Positions 19,123 through 29,648 of a stretch of 64,000 nt of DNA are shown one piece after another. Position numbers and translations under genes: made by a program. The number at the start of each line of letters is the position of its first letter. The stretch's first letter is position 1. The notes below the pieces were generated by a model. That model had not been told where the DNA came from. It searched no databases and worked only from the letters and a program-made list of their open reading frames with translations. The stretch covers positions 14,356-78,355 of the forward strand of contig CAZUDW010000001.1 in NCBI GenBank assembly GCA_964619305.1, written 5' to 3'. The stretch comes from an uncultured Flavobacteriales bacterium. GTDB lineage: Bacteria; Bacteroidota; Bacteroidia; Flavobacteriales_H; CAZUDW01.

Positions 19123-21534
19123 ATGAAGACAAAGGTAATTCTTATGTGTAAAGTGTATTTACCATTTCTCTTCTTGTTAATATTTTCATCTTTTTTGCTC
19201 GTTGCTCAGGATGCAGTATTAAACGGTAAGGCCTATGATAAACAAACGGGAGAAGGATTAGTTGGGGCTACAATCATCCTTGAAGATAATAGTGGTACCT
19301 CAACAGATATTGAAGGAAAATTTTCGATAAAAGTGCCTCCCGGAGAGCATGATATTCTATGCCATATTATTGGTTTTGAGACGAGGTCTGCTCATGTTAT
19401 ACTAAAGCCAAATGAAACAAAAACTATAGAGTTTGCATTACCCCCTATAACCACTCAGTTGAAAACGGTTGTTGTATCGGCCAGTCGATTTAAACAAGAA
19501 TTATCTGATGTTACTGTCTCCATGGAATTGCTGAAACCGAAAATCATTGAGAATAAAAATACTTACAATATGGAAACCATAATGGACCAAGTACCAGGTG
19601 TTAATATTATGGATGGACAAGCCAACATCAGAGGAGGGAGTGGATTTAGTTATGGAGCCGGTAGTCGGGTTCTTGTTCTTGTAGATGATCTGCCAATGCT
19701 GGCGGCAGATGCCGGTGATGTGAAATGGAATTTTCTGCCTGTTGAAAATCTTGAACAGATAGAGGTGCTAAAAGGAGCTTCCTCAGCTTTGTTCGGATCA
19801 TCTGCTCTAAATGGTGTAATTAATATCCGAACCTCTTATCCAAAAGATAAACCAGAAACAAGGATCAATGTGTTTCATGGCATTTATTGTGATCCCGTAA
19901 GAAAGGATAGCACTGGTAATAAAAGAGATAGTACCGGACATATTATGAAACCTCTACGTTGGTGGGGAGAAGTCAATCCCATGTATACAGGAATGAACTT
20001 TTACCACATGAGAAAAATCAGAAATTTCGATCTTGTAGTTGGTGGCAATACATTTTCAGATCAAGGATACAGGGAAGGTGAAACCGAACAAAGATTCAGA
20101 GGCAATTTCAATACCCGTTACAGGTTTAAAAAAATTAGAGGTCTGAATGCAGGATTTAATGTAAACGCACAAAAAAATACCGGAGCTATTTACTTATTAT
20201 GGGCAAATGCAGATTCCGGTGCATATCGTCCTATGGGTGGTGTGGATACCCCTGCAACTTCCCTGAGCAGGTACATAACAGGTAGGCTTAATATTGACCC
20301 TTCCATCATTTATTATACAAAAAAGGGAGGTAAACATTCACTAAGAGGAAGATATTACAACACAACAAACCGCAACGATACAAAACAGGAATCTATAGCA
20401 GACCTTTATTATTCCGAGTATCAATATCAAAAATTATATCTGAATGATTTTTCAATTACAATGGGTGTTGCTTATGCCAAGTCTGTTATTAAATCAGAAT
20501 TATACAGCGATCATGAAGAGATTAATTTGGCCGGTTATACCCAAATGGATAAAAAATATAAGAGGCTGATCCTTTCTCTGGGAATTAGAGGAGAATATTA
20601 TAAAATTGATACCGTAAAAACCTCATCTGAAATATACCTTGGACCAGACACCACTACATTTCCATTTCATCCGGTATTCAGAAGTGGCGTGAATTACAAA
20701 CTGGCTAAGTCCACCTATATCAGGGCATCTTTCGGACAAGGATATCGCTTCCCTTCCATAGCGGAAAAATATGTCAACACATCAATAGGATCCTCGTTAC
20801 GACTTTTCCCAAACCCAGATTTAACAGAAGAAATGGGTTGGAGTTGTGAAGTCGGACTGAAACAAGGATTCAAAATACAAGATTGGAGCGGGTATATTGA
20901 TGTGGCCGGTTTCTGGACAGAATATAAAAATATGATTGAATTTGCTTTTGGTCTTTATAATCCGGATACTGTTACTGTTACATTATTCAATATCAGTGAC
21001 TGGCTTGGATTTCAGGCACAGAATGTTGGAAGGGCTCAAATTAAAGGACTTGATTTTACCTTAGCGGGACAAGGGCAGATTGGGCAATTTGGTGTATCAA
21101 TTTTAGCAGGATACACCTATATGTATCCCCTAAATTTAAATAATGATTCTCTGTATCTAATTACAAAAAGTGATTCAGCTTCCAATATGCTTAAATACCG
21201 TTTCAATCATCTTGCCAAAGCAGATTTGCAGGTCGATTATAAAAAATGGTCAGTTGGTTGGAGTATGAGGTATAACAGCGTGATGACGAATGTAGATGCT
21301 ATCTTTGAACGTCCCATAGTTGGCAATACTTACATTACCCCCGGAGTTGAGGAATACCGCAAAGAACATAACAAGGGAGATGTGGTCTTTGATATGAGAA
21401 TTTCCTGCCAGGTGGGTAAAGAATCAAAGATCGCTTTGATCAGCAATAATATACTTAACAGGGAATATATGGGCCGACCCGCAGATATGCAACCTCCACG
21501 CACTGTTGCCATTCAATACACACTTTCTTTCTGA
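19123..21534 (+). CDS. TonB-dependent receptor with N-terminal carboxypeptidase-regulatory-like domain
   Basis: 803 aa. Signal peptide, CarboxypepD_reg-like N-domain (GKAYDKQTGEGLVGATII), plug domain (VVVSASRFKQELSD…IEVLKGASSALFGS), and a C-terminal beta-barrel ending in an aromatic residue. Confidence 0.85.
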   Translation: MKTKVILMCKVYLPFLFLLIFSSFLLVAQDAVLNGKAYDKQTGEGLVGATIILEDNSGTSTDIEGKFSIKVPPGEHDILCHIIGFETRSAHVILKPNETKTIEFALPPITTQLKTVVVSASRFKQELSDVTVSMELLKPKIIENKNTYNMETIMDQVPGVNIMDGQANIRGGSGFSYGAGSRVLVLVDDLPMLAADAGDVKWNFLPVENLEQIEVLKGASSALFGSSALNGVINIRTSYPKDKPETRINVFHGIYCDPVRKDSTGNKRDSTGHIMKPLRWWGEVNPMYTGMNFYHMRKIRNFDLVVGGNTFSDQGYREGETEQRFRGNFNTRYRFKKIRGLNAGFNVNAQKNTGAIYLLWANADSGAYRPMGGVDTPATSLSRYITGRLNIDPSIIYYTKKGGKHSLRGRYYNTTNRNDTKQESIADLYYSEYQYQKLYLNDFSITMGVAYAKSVIKSELYSDHEEINLAGYTQMDKKYKRLILSLGIRGEYYKIDTVKTSSEIYLGPDTTTFPFHPVFRSGVNYKLAKSTYIRASFGQGYRFPSIAEKYVNTSIGSSLRLFPNPDLTEEMGWSCEVGLKQGFKIQDWSGYIDVAGFWTEYKNMIEFAFGLYNPDTVTVTLFNISDWLGFQAQNVGRAQIKGLDFTLAGQGQIGQFGVSILAGYTYMYPLNLNNDSLYLITKSDSASNMLKYRFNHLAKADLQVDYKKWSVGWSMRYNSVMTNVDAIFERPIVGNTYITPGVEEYRKEHNKGDVVFDMRISCQVGKESKIALISNNILNREYMGRPADMQPPRTVAIQYTLSF

Positions 21535-21541
21535 ACAAATG

Positions 21542-22270
21542 AAAAGCCTTGGTATAATACCCGCAAGATTTGGATCTACCCGCTTTGAAGGCAAACCCCT
21601 TGTAAAAATCTTTGGCAAATCAATGATTCAAAGGGTGTATGAGCAATGTCTTCTTGCAGAATCTTTAAGTGATATTTGGGTAGCTACTGATGACAATCAC
21701 ATTTTCAGAGAAGTTAAAAATTTCGGAGGGCATGTGCTGATGACCTCTAAAAAACATAAAAACGGAACATCACGCTGCCTTGAAGCTATGGAAAAAATCG
21801 ACACTGAATTTGACTTTATAGTCAACATCCAGGGGGATGAACCACTTGTTCATCCAGAGCAAATTAACAGACTGTTGGAAATGTTTCGGATAAAACATGT
21901 TCATATAGCTACTCTTGCAAAAAAGATAGCTGATTCGGCAGAACTTAATGATCCGGGTATTGTAAAAGTGATTATGGATAAAGAAGGAAAAGCTATTACA
22001 TTTTTACGTACACTAAGCAACCTGAATAATCCTCCTTATTTCAAACATATTGGAATGTATGGCTACACACAGAAAATTCTAAGACAGATAAATCATCTAA
22101 AACCTACAAAAAGAGAAAAAGAAAATTCTTTGGAACAATTACGATGGATGGATTATGGTTTTGATATTTATGTTTCTGAAACAAATTATGATACCGTATC
22201 GGTTGACGTTCCGGATGATATTGAAAAAGTGTTAAAAATAATCAAAAAAGACAAGCCTGATGACACTTGA
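21542..22270 (+). CDS. kdsB: 3-deoxy-manno-octulosonate cytidylyltransferase (CMP-KDO synthetase)
   Basis: The ORF opens at 21506. The start is placed at MKSLGIIPARFGSTRFEGKPL, the canonical KdsB N-terminus. NIQGDEPL motif. Confidence 0.9.
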   Translation, partial: KSLGIIPARFGSTRFEGKPLVKIFGKSMIQRVYEQCLLAESLSDIWVATDDNHIFREVKNFGGHVLMTSKKHKNGTSRCLEAMEKIDTEFDFIVNIQGDEPLVHPEQINRLLEMFRIKHVHIATLAKKIADSAELNDPGIVKVIMDKEGKAITFLRTLSNLNNPPYFKHIGMYGYTQKILRQINHLKPTKREKENSLEQLRWMDYGFDIYVSETNYDTVSVDVPDDIEKVLKIIKKDKPDDT

Positions 22271-22297
22271 TTTTTACTAATTTTACCTCTCCTAAGC

Positions 22298-23377
22298 GTG
22301 AAAATTGATCAATACATAAGCGAACTCCTTTATGAACATGATTGTGTAGTTGTACCATCGTTTGGTGGTTTTGTAACCAATCCTGCTCCTTCCAGATTAG
22401 AACGGGCAAAACACCGCATTTCTCCTCCCAGAAAAGAAATAAGTTTTAATGCAAATCTAACTAAGAATGATGGTCTGCTCACTACACATATTGCAAAAAT
22501 CAAATCCATTAACTATGATGAAGCGGTAGCATTTATACGTCAAGCCGTACTTGTATGGAACGATGACTTGAATAATATTGGGAGGGTGGATGTGGAAAAT
22601 GTAGGAATTCTCTACAAGACAAAGGGAAGCAATAATATCAGATTTGAACCGGACAATGTTGTGAATTATTTATTGGATTCTTTTGGTCTGGAACCTTGTA
22701 ATATCTATCCTGTTGCAACGCTAGCACGCCCAAAAAAGACACGCATTGACAGGTTATCGGTAAAACCTTCAGAACATACAAGGATTAATCGCCTTATCCC
22801 TTATACAATAGCTATTATTCCATTTATTATTTATCTTCTTTGGTTACCCCTGTCCACTGACATTCTAAACACAAATGGTAACTTCACTTATTCTGATTTG
22901 AATCCATTCACCAAAAAGAAATGTCCCGTTTATACTATGAGGGAATTTACGTCACAACACTTGATGGAAACAAAACTACCTGAATTACATAAAGAATTTA
23001 TTTGTTCATCCGATTCAGCATCTTTTTGTCTTTTAAAACTAAGCAGCGCAACCAATCCCGATATTGCTGACCTCACCATCCAGGTTAGGCTTAAAAAACC
23101 GGTAATTGCAAAAGTAGATAGCACATATGTGAAACCAGTCAAACCTAAAAAAAAGTTCAGATTTTATATTATCGGTGGATGTTTTAAAATCAAAGGGAAT
23201 GCCAATCGCCTCTTGAAGAAATTCCTGAAAAGTGGTTATAGCCCCCTGATTGTGGACATCCATAATGGGCTATACCGTGTTGCATTTAAAGGTTATCAAA
23301 ACCACACAGAAGCCATCGAAGCATTAAAAAAAATTCGTCAAGATGAGAATCCGAAAGCCTGGCTGCTATCCAAATAA
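22298..23377 (+). CDS. HU-domain/DUF4469-like N-terminal protein with C-terminal SPOR (peptidoglycan-binding) domain
   Basis: 359 aa. N-terminal DCVVVPSFGGF HU-like fold motif, a central TM segment, and a C-terminal SPOR-like domain. Confidence 0.7.
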   Translation: MKIDQYISELLYEHDCVVVPSFGGFVTNPAPSRLERAKHRISPPRKEISFNANLTKNDGLLTTHIAKIKSINYDEAVAFIRQAVLVWNDDLNNIGRVDVENVGILYKTKGSNNIRFEPDNVVNYLLDSFGLEPCNIYPVATLARPKKTRIDRLSVKPSEHTRINRLIPYTIAIIPFIIYLLWLPLSTDILNTNGNFTYSDLNPFTKKKCPVYTMREFTSQHLMETKLPELHKEFICSSDSASFCLLKLSSATNPDIADLTIQVRLKKPVIAKVDSTYVKPVKPKKKFRFYIIGGCFKIKGNANRLLKKFLKSGYSPLIVDIHNGLYRVAFKGYQNHTEAIEALKKIRQDENPKAWLLSK

Positions 23378-23481
23378 AAGCACAGCTGCTAAAACTGTTG
23401 ACACTTCCCACATAAACGCTATTTATAATCTTTTTTTCTCATGATACTTTATCAAGTAGGTTATCAAATGCACACGGTTTA

Positions 23482-23489
23482 TATATTTG
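23482..23489 (+). promoter_or_regulatory. Candidate Bacteroidetes -7 box (TATATTTG) upstream of purD
   Basis: Exact TAnnTTTG match 25 nt upstream of the purD ATG. No clear -33 TTTG partner. Confidence 0.25.
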
Positions 23490-23513
23490 TTTATTTTGCA
23501 AAAAACTTAGAAG

Positions 23514-24812
23514 ATGAACGTATTATTACTTGGTTCAGGAGGTAGAGAACATGCAATTGCTTGGAAATTGTCTCAAAGCTCATTGCTTGATAATCTTTAT
23601 ATAGCACCTGGCAATGCGGGCACAGCGCAAACAGGAACCAACATTCAAATTAACCCTCTGGACTTTACTGCTATCGGGAGTTTTGCTCATGAAAAAGACA
23701 TTCATTTAGTTATTGTTGGACCTGAAGAACCGCTTGTGAAAGGCATCAGGGATTATTTTGAATTAAACCCTGAATTGGAGCATATTGCATTAATTGGCCC
23801 GGGAAGTGCCGGTGCAAAGCTTGAAGGGAGTAAAGATTTTGCAAAAAGATTCATGAAAAAACATAAAATTCCTACTGCAAGATATAAAAGTTTCACCGCT
23901 GCCACTCTCGATAAAGGATTAAAATATCTGGATACAATAGATGCTCCATATGTGTTAAAAGCTGATGGGCTTGCTGCTGGAAAAGGGGTTCTTATTTTAG
24001 ACGATTTAAATGAAGCAAAGAAGGAGTTGCAGCAGATACTCACCCAATCAAGATTTGGTGTTGCTGGTGATACAATTGTAATAGAAAACTTCCTTGATGG
24101 CATTGAAATGTCGGTTTTCATACTTACAGACGGTATAAATTATAAAATTCTTCCTGAAGCTAAAGATTATAAACGAATTGGGGTTGGAGATACTGGCTTG
24201 AACACCGGTGGAATGGGAGCCGTTTCTCCAGTCTGCTTTGCAGATGAACATTTTCTGAAGAAAGTAGAAAATCGTATAATCAAACCAACTATTTCCGGTC
24301 TTCAATCTGAAAATATCCAATTCAATGGGTTTATTTTCTTTGGGTTAATGAATGTGAAAGGTGATCCTTTTATGATAGAATATAATGTCAGGCTCGGTGA
24401 TCCTGAAGCAGAAGTTATTATCCCTAGAATAAAGAATGACCTTCTTCAAAGTTTGATAGCATTGTCAGAAAACCATCTCAACAATGTAGAATGGTCTTTT
24501 GATTCGAATGCTGCAGCCACGATCATGCTTGTTTCCGGTGGGTATCCTGGTCATTATGAAAAAGGTAATCACATCTGTGGTTTGAACAATATTCACGACA
24601 GTATTGTATTTCATGCTGGTACTAAAAAAGATGAAAACGGAAATCTGCTTACCAATGGGGGAAGAGTAATTGCTCTTACCACACTAATGCCAACGATTGA
24701 AAAGGCCCTGGACAAATCCTACCATAATGCAGAATTAATTCAATTTGAAAGCAAGTACTACAGAACTGATATAGGAGCAGACCTGATCAGTATTGACCAA
24801 ATCAGGAATTAA
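23514..24812 (+). CDS. purD: Phosphoribosylamine--glycine ligase
   Basis: 432 aa. MNVLLLGSGGREHAIAWKL N-terminus and an ATP-grasp core. Confidence 0.95.
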   Translation: MNVLLLGSGGREHAIAWKLSQSSLLDNLYIAPGNAGTAQTGTNIQINPLDFTAIGSFAHEKDIHLVIVGPEEPLVKGIRDYFELNPELEHIALIGPGSAGAKLEGSKDFAKRFMKKHKIPTARYKSFTAATLDKGLKYLDTIDAPYVLKADGLAAGKGVLILDDLNEAKKELQQILTQSRFGVAGDTIVIENFLDGIEMSVFILTDGINYKILPEAKDYKRIGVGDTGLNTGGMGAVSPVCFADEHFLKKVENRIIKPTISGLQSENIQFNGFIFFGLMNVKGDPFMIEYNVRLGDPEAEVIIPRIKNDLLQSLIALSENHLNNVEWSFDSNAAATIMLVSGGYPGHYEKGNHICGLNNIHDSIVFHAGTKKDENGNLLTNGGRVIALTTLMPTIEKALDKSYHNAELIQFESKYYRTDIGADLISIDQIRN

Positions 24813-25068
24813 ATTAAAGTGCCGTCTTTGCGGGCTTTATTTGAATATTGCACCTGAGCTCTCAACCAGATTAACATGATTAAGACTCCAATAACAATGA
24901 TCGTATAATTTGCATTATTATTCAATATCTCAAGGACAACAAAACTCTTTTCAATTAAATGGACAATTCCCAAAACCAATGCTTTAAAACTCATAATTTA
25001 TTAGTTTTAACGTTTCAAAATTATAATAATATATGAATTTTTTATTACTCGATACAGTTTAAACTAAT

Positions 25069-26082
25069 ATGATTAGTCGTTTATTACAGTCCAATCACCC
25101 ATCGATGGCATTATTCCTGATTCCTTTGACAGCATTAGTATGGATCGTTCCTATAATGTTTCCAGTTCATTTTTCTCCATATCTGCAAGCCGCTCCATTT
25201 CAGAAATTGCTACACATGTTAACACAAATCACCTGGATATCCAATACGCTTTTTATCCTGATTATTCTGTTTGAAGCTTTGTGGCTAAATATAATCGTTG
25301 ATAAATTTAAGCTGACACCCACAAGCAATTATATGACTGCTTTCATTTTCATTTTGCTGTCGGCTTGTTTTCCTGTAATATTATGGCATTTAAACATACT
25401 GGTAGCAAATATTTGTTTATTGGCCGTAATTAACTTTTCCTTCGAAATATATCACAACGAAAATCCAATAAACAATGCCTTTAAATGTGGAATGATCATA
25501 TCCCTTGCTTCATTGTTTTATTGGCCGGCTCTTTCATTTGGGCTCTTTACATTTGCTGCACTGATTGTTCTTGAGAAACCATCAATTCGTCATCTGACAG
25601 TATATCTGACCGGTTTAATCCTGCCTTTTATCTATTACCTGGTTTATCTCTTTTATTTTGACAGAACAGATGAGCTAATTAGTGTGTTGTCCGGTTTCTA
25701 TCTCAACCCATTTACCTTAATAACCCGCTTTGATTATTCTGACATCACCCTTATTTCTCTGTTGTTAATATTCATGATTCCTGCATTTCCATCGTTTTAC
25801 AAACATATGGTATCAAATAACATTTCGGTTCGACAAATGCTTAGTCTGTTGATATTGTTTTTGTTGTTATCTGTCCTGATGATAGGATATACACAAAGCG
25901 GTTCGCTGCCACTATTCTTCGGGGTCATTCCCATTTCTATCTATCTGGCAATCATTCTGAGCCGTTTAAAGAAAAATTTTTTAGCTGAAGTTTTTATTCT
26001 TTTAATGTTATTGGTCATATTGTTTCACCAAGCTGTTTGTTGTGATATTTTAAATAAATCTTTTTCTATTTTTACAAGGTGA
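25069..26082 (+). CDS. Polytopic integral membrane protein (hypothetical, ~10 TM)
   Basis: 337 aa, almost entirely hydrophobic helices with no recognisable catalytic motif. Inserted between purD and purQ. Confidence 0.55.
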   Translation: MISRLLQSNHPSMALFLIPLTALVWIVPIMFPVHFSPYLQAAPFQKLLHMLTQITWISNTLFILIILFEALWLNIIVDKFKLTPTSNYMTAFIFILLSACFPVILWHLNILVANICLLAVINFSFEIYHNENPINNAFKCGMIISLASLFYWPALSFGLFTFAALIVLEKPSIRHLTVYLTGLILPFIYYLVYLFYFDRTDELISVLSGFYLNPFTLITRFDYSDITLISLLLIFMIPAFPSFYKHMVSNNISVRQMLSLLILFLLLSVLMIGYTQSGSLPLFFGVIPISIYLAIILSRLKKNFLAEVFILLMLLVILFHQAVCCDILNKSFSIFTR

Positions 26083-26129
26083 AATTCACGTAGATTTAAC
26101 TAATAAATAATTCCATAATTTAATTTCAG

Positions 26130-26822
26130 GTGAAATTCGGTGTGGTTTCTTTTCCAGGCTCCAATTGCGAACATGATATGTTGTATGCATTGGGATATAT
26201 TTTAAAGAAAGATGTTGAACCGTTATGGCATAAAAACAACAGTCTGAATGGATGTGATATCATCATTTTACCCGGTGGTTTTTCTTATGGAGATTACCTG
26301 CGTTCAGGAGCTATTGCACGTTTTTCTCCGGTAATGGATTCCATAATTAAACATGCAAAGGCAGGTGGTGTTGTAATTGGCATATGCAATGGGTTCCAGA
26401 TTTTATGTGAGTCCGGTTTACTACCGGGAGCATTACTAAGAAATTCAAATCAAAAATTTATTTGTAAAAACGTTTATATAACCCCAATCTCAAAAAACAC
26501 GTTGATCACTTCATCCATGCTGGAAAGGCAAGTATTAAAAATACCTATAGCTCATGCAGAAGGCCGTTATTATGCACCGGAAGAAACATTGGCTGAACTC
26601 GTCAGTAATGATCAAATCATTTTCAAATACTGTGATAAAAACGGTAACATTGATAAAATCAGTAATCCGAACGGTTCAATAAATAATATTGCCGGTATTT
26701 GTAATCGCAGTAAAAATGTATTTGGAATGATGCCTCATCCAGAAAGGGCAGTCGATCAGTTGCTTGGTAACAGCGATGGTATCTTGATCTTTGAAAGTAT
26801 TTTCAGCAAAATGCTTGTTTAA
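26130..26822 (+). CDS. purQ: Phosphoribosylformylglycinamidine synthase subunit PurQ (glutaminase)
   Basis: 230 aa. PGSNCEHD, the catalytic Cys in GICNGFQIL, and a HPER motif. Confidence 0.9.
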   Translation: MKFGVVSFPGSNCEHDMLYALGYILKKDVEPLWHKNNSLNGCDIIILPGGFSYGDYLRSGAIARFSPVMDSIIKHAKAGGVVIGICNGFQILCESGLLPGALLRNSNQKFICKNVYITPISKNTLITSSMLERQVLKIPIAHAEGRYYAPEETLAELVSNDQIIFKYCDKNGNIDKISNPNGSINNIAGICNRSKNVFGMMPHPERAVDQLLGNSDGILIFESIFSKMLV

Positions 26823-27863
26823 TCACAGGAATCGAACACTGCTATCTGAACTTTTAAATGGATTGGGATTTATGAACCTTAATGAAATCTCCAATCCTCC
26901 CCTCTCACTTGTAGCGGCTTTTAATGCAGAAATATTTACGTCATAACTTAACCCTACTCCAAAATTCCCCAATTCAATATACATAGTAGGTATAGCTGCA
27001 TCCCCAAACCTATATTGCGCTCCAAGAGAAATGGCTGTTCCCTTAAAAGCCTCAGTGTATTTGGATTCCTCTTTCAATAAATAGCGTATCATCATTCCCC
27101 CAAGTATTTCCTGATGAGGTCCTTGCATATAAAATAATGCTGATGGCAAAATAGCCAATCCACTGTTCTTAAGACCAATGTAAGCATTTCCATGGGCTAC
27201 TATTTTTGAATACAATGGATCATTTTCTGAATAACTGAATAACTCAGGTTGGGTGATATGTGCATAAGAAGCACCAACATTTGCATAGAACATATCATTA
27301 GAAATCATGTTTGACTCCTTATTGAAATAATTCCAGTCAATACCTGCATTCAGATCTGTAAATGAGGTTGAAGGACTGAAATCAAAAATTTCGTATGTGG
27401 GCAAAGAACTATTGTATCCCTGTCCATCAAATTGAGAATCCCACTGCATATTGCCCTGATCAATGCTTCTCTGGGAAAAGCCACCTTGTATGCCTGCTGA
27501 TAATCTTTGTTTTTCACTGACAGTTAATATAGCAGACATTGAAGCATTTACTTTTGTGGTTGATATCTGCACCTCCCCTGCCTGATCCCTGTAGACAAAT
27601 AAGCCCCCGGCTAGAAAACTCTTTTCCCATTTCTTCTTAAACAATGCAAAATCAGAAGATAAAGCAAATGTTCTGTATGGAGAAGCAATGCTTTTCCATT
27701 GATCCTTGTAATTTAATATCACCCTGACATCTCCATTGAACACTCCCGTAAGTGCAGGATTTACTGCCAAAGGCGCCTCAGTGAATTGTGAAAAATGAAT
27801 GTCCTGTGCAATGATGGTATTTGTAAGACAAAGAATCAGAAAAAAGGATGCCGTTTTATTCAT
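26823..27863 (-). CDS. Type IX secretion system membrane protein, PorP/SprF family
   Basis: 346 aa. Signal peptide followed by the family N-terminal signature QDIHFSQFTEAPLAVNPALTG, then a beta-barrel-like remainder. Confidence 0.8.
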   Translation of the reverse strand: MNKTASFFLILCLTNTIIAQDIHFSQFTEAPLAVNPALTGVFNGDVRVILNYKDQWKSIASPYRTFALSSDFALFKKKWEKSFLAGGLFVYRDQAGEVQISTTKVNASMSAILTVSEKQRLSAGIQGGFSQRSIDQGNMQWDSQFDGQGYNSSLPTYEIFDFSPSTSFTDLNAGIDWNYFNKESNMISNDMFYANVGASYAHITQPELFSYSENDPLYSKIVAHGNAYIGLKNSGLAILPSALFYMQGPHQEILGGMMIRYLLKEESKYTEAFKGTAISLGAQYRFGDAAIPTMYIELGNFGVGLSYDVNISALKAATSERGGLEISLRFINPNPFKSSDSSVRFL

Positions 27864-28083
27864 AACATATATTTAATGATCATTCAAAGATATAAATAAA
27901 CTTTTTGAAATGCCTAATTATTACGTTACTCACCTTATGCAAGGATTGTGATAAATTCGCTACATGGATGTTTAACCTGATAGATTTGTATCATGATGGC
28001 TCCCCTTTTCTTTAGGGCAGGAACAAATATGCAAGGTATTGCGCAAAATATCCCCAGTACTTTTGAACCACCCAGAAGTCCGT

Positions 28084-28113
28084 TATAGGATTAGGGCATT
28101 CCCATATAGGATT
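28084..28113. promoter_or_regulatory. Direct repeat TATAGGATT x2 spaced 21 bp in the divergent porP/sprF - ECF sigma intergenic region
   Basis: Seen directly: ttATAGGATTagggcattcccatATAGGATTgg. About two helical turns apart, ~140 nt upstream of the sigma gene. Confidence 0.25.
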
Positions 28114-28225
28114 GGAGCAATGTCAAACGAGCTTGACGAAATACTGAAAGTAAACCTAATACCTAACATAACATTAAGGTAGCAAAGAACATTAATATCC
28201 AAATTTTTATTGCAACAAATGTTCT

Positions 28226-28233
28226 TAAATTTG
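28226..28233 (+). promoter_or_regulatory. Bacteroidetes -7 box (TAAATTTG) upstream of ECF sigma gene
   Basis: Exact TAnnTTTG match 19 nt upstream of the TTG start at 28253; a TTG triplet lies ~13 nt upstream of it. Confidence 0.3.
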
Positions 28234-28252
28234 TCGCTATTATTTATTAACT

Positions 28253-28801
28253 TTGGACAACAACACGAAACAAAATTATCAGGAAGATGAACTTGTGAGT
28301 TTGCTAAAAGTTGGCGATCGCAAAGTCATGTCTATTCTATATGACAATTATTCCCCTGCTTTGTTTGGCGTAATCCTTCGCATCGTAAGATCAGAAGAAA
28401 TAGCGGAGGATGTATTGCAGGAAGCATTTATTAAAATATGGAAAAAGAGTGCATCTTATAATGCCTCCAAAGGGCGCCTGTTTACCTGGCTATTAAACAT
28501 AGCCAGAAACTCAGCTATAGATACAATCCGGTCTAAGGATCACAAAAAGTCAACAAAAAACCAATCGATAGAAAATGGCGTATATTGGCAAGAAAATATG
28601 GTTACGAATATCAGTACGGATAGTATTGGGGTAAAAGAGATCGTTGACAAACTGAAGCCGGAACATAAAGCTGTGATTGATTGCGTGTATTTTAACGGAT
28701 TTACACATAATGAAGCTGCTAAAGCACTCAATCTGCCGCTTGGAACTGTGAAAACAAGACTTAAAATTGCTATCCGTAATCTTAAACTACTGATGAACTG
28801 A
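28253..28801 (+). CDS. RNA polymerase sigma-70 factor, ECF subfamily
   Basis: 182 aa (TTG start per the ORF track; GTG at 28295 is an alternative). Region 2 (VLQEAFIKIWKK…FTWLLNIARNSAIDTIR) and region 4 HTH (FTHNEAAKALNLPLGTVKTRL). Confidence 0.85.
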   Translation: MDNNTKQNYQEDELVSLLKVGDRKVMSILYDNYSPALFGVILRIVRSEEIAEDVLQEAFIKIWKKSASYNASKGRLFTWLLNIARNSAIDTIRSKDHKKSTKNQSIENGVYWQENMVTNISTDSIGVKEIVDKLKPEHKAVIDCVYFNGFTHNEAAKALNLPLGTVKTRLKIAIRNLKLLMN

Positions 28802-29637
28802 TGAATACAAAAAAGTATATAGAATCCGGCATTCTGGAAGATTACTTGCTGGGTATTTCATCAGAACAAGAACAGAAAGAAGTTGAATCTCTTGCGAAAA
28901 TATATCCGGAAATAAAAGAAGAACTTGATAAATTGAGCAGAGCCCTTGAATATTTTGCAATGAGTTATCAGAAGGTACCCCCACCACATCTGAAGACCAA
29001 GATTATGGCTGCTATCAAAAATATAGAAACTGAAAGTTCAACACAGATTGTTTCATCTCCATATATTGATAATAATACTAAAATCCATAAAAACGATCCG
29101 TTTAAATGGCTTGCTGCTGCGGCAATTGCTCTACTTCTCATTACTGTTGCTCTATATCAGAACATGAAAATGCAATTAAATAACGCCAATGCACAAATTG
29201 CTGCCCTTGGAGGTGCTAATGAAAATATTGAAGGAGAACTGAACACGGTAAGATCTAACTACGCATCACTGAACAACCAACTGGCAATTGTGAGCCATTG
29301 CAAAACAAGGATTCGATTAGAAAACATGAATAATGTTAAAGCACCATGCTGCCTAATGCTTTATTGTATGGATAAAACAAAGGAGATGTATGTTCAGATA
29401 AACAAATTAAAACCTGCTCCTGAAGGCACTTTATACCAACTTTGGGCGATTAAGGATAATAAACCAGTGGATTTGGGACAAATAGAACCACCAAAAGATT
29501 CATTGCTTTTAGGACATGTTCCGTTTATAGACCATCCCCAGTCGTTTGTACTCACTCTAGAAGTCAATGGTTATGACACCATCATTCATAATGATGAAAT
29601 ACTTGCCCAGATACATCTGCCAGACACTGAAATGTAA
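28801..29637 (+). CDS. Anti-sigma factor (RskA-like), single-pass membrane protein
   Basis: 278 aa. Overlaps the sigma stop (ATGA). N-terminal anti-sigma helix region (ILEDYLLGISSEQEQKEVESL), a TM segment (WLAAAAIALLLITVALY), and a periplasmic C-domain. Confidence 0.7.
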   Translation: MNTKKYIESGILEDYLLGISSEQEQKEVESLAKIYPEIKEELDKLSRALEYFAMSYQKVPPPHLKTKIMAAIKNIETESSTQIVSSPYIDNNTKIHKNDPFKWLAAAAIALLLITVALYQNMKMQLNNANAQIAALGGANENIEGELNTVRSNYASLNNQLAIVSHCKTRIRLENMNNVKAPCCLMLYCMDKTKEMYVQINKLKPAPEGTLYQLWAIKDNKPVDLGQIEPPKDSLLLGHVPFIDHPQSFVLTLEVNGYDTIIHNDEILAQIHLPDTEM

Positions 29638-29648
29638 GTATTATCCAG

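Noticed and set aside
24809-24994. 61-aa ORF downstream of purD on the minus strand
   Set aside because: Hydrophobic, low-complexity translation of an AT-rich spacer. It overlaps the purD stop, with no motif and no plausible promoter.
28020-28085. ECF-type GGAAC…CGT autoregulatory promoter upstream of the sigma gene
   Set aside because: GGAAC and GAACC motifs are present, but the spacing to any CGT element is wrong (12 nt, or no CGT), so an ECF promoter cannot be supported from sequence alone.
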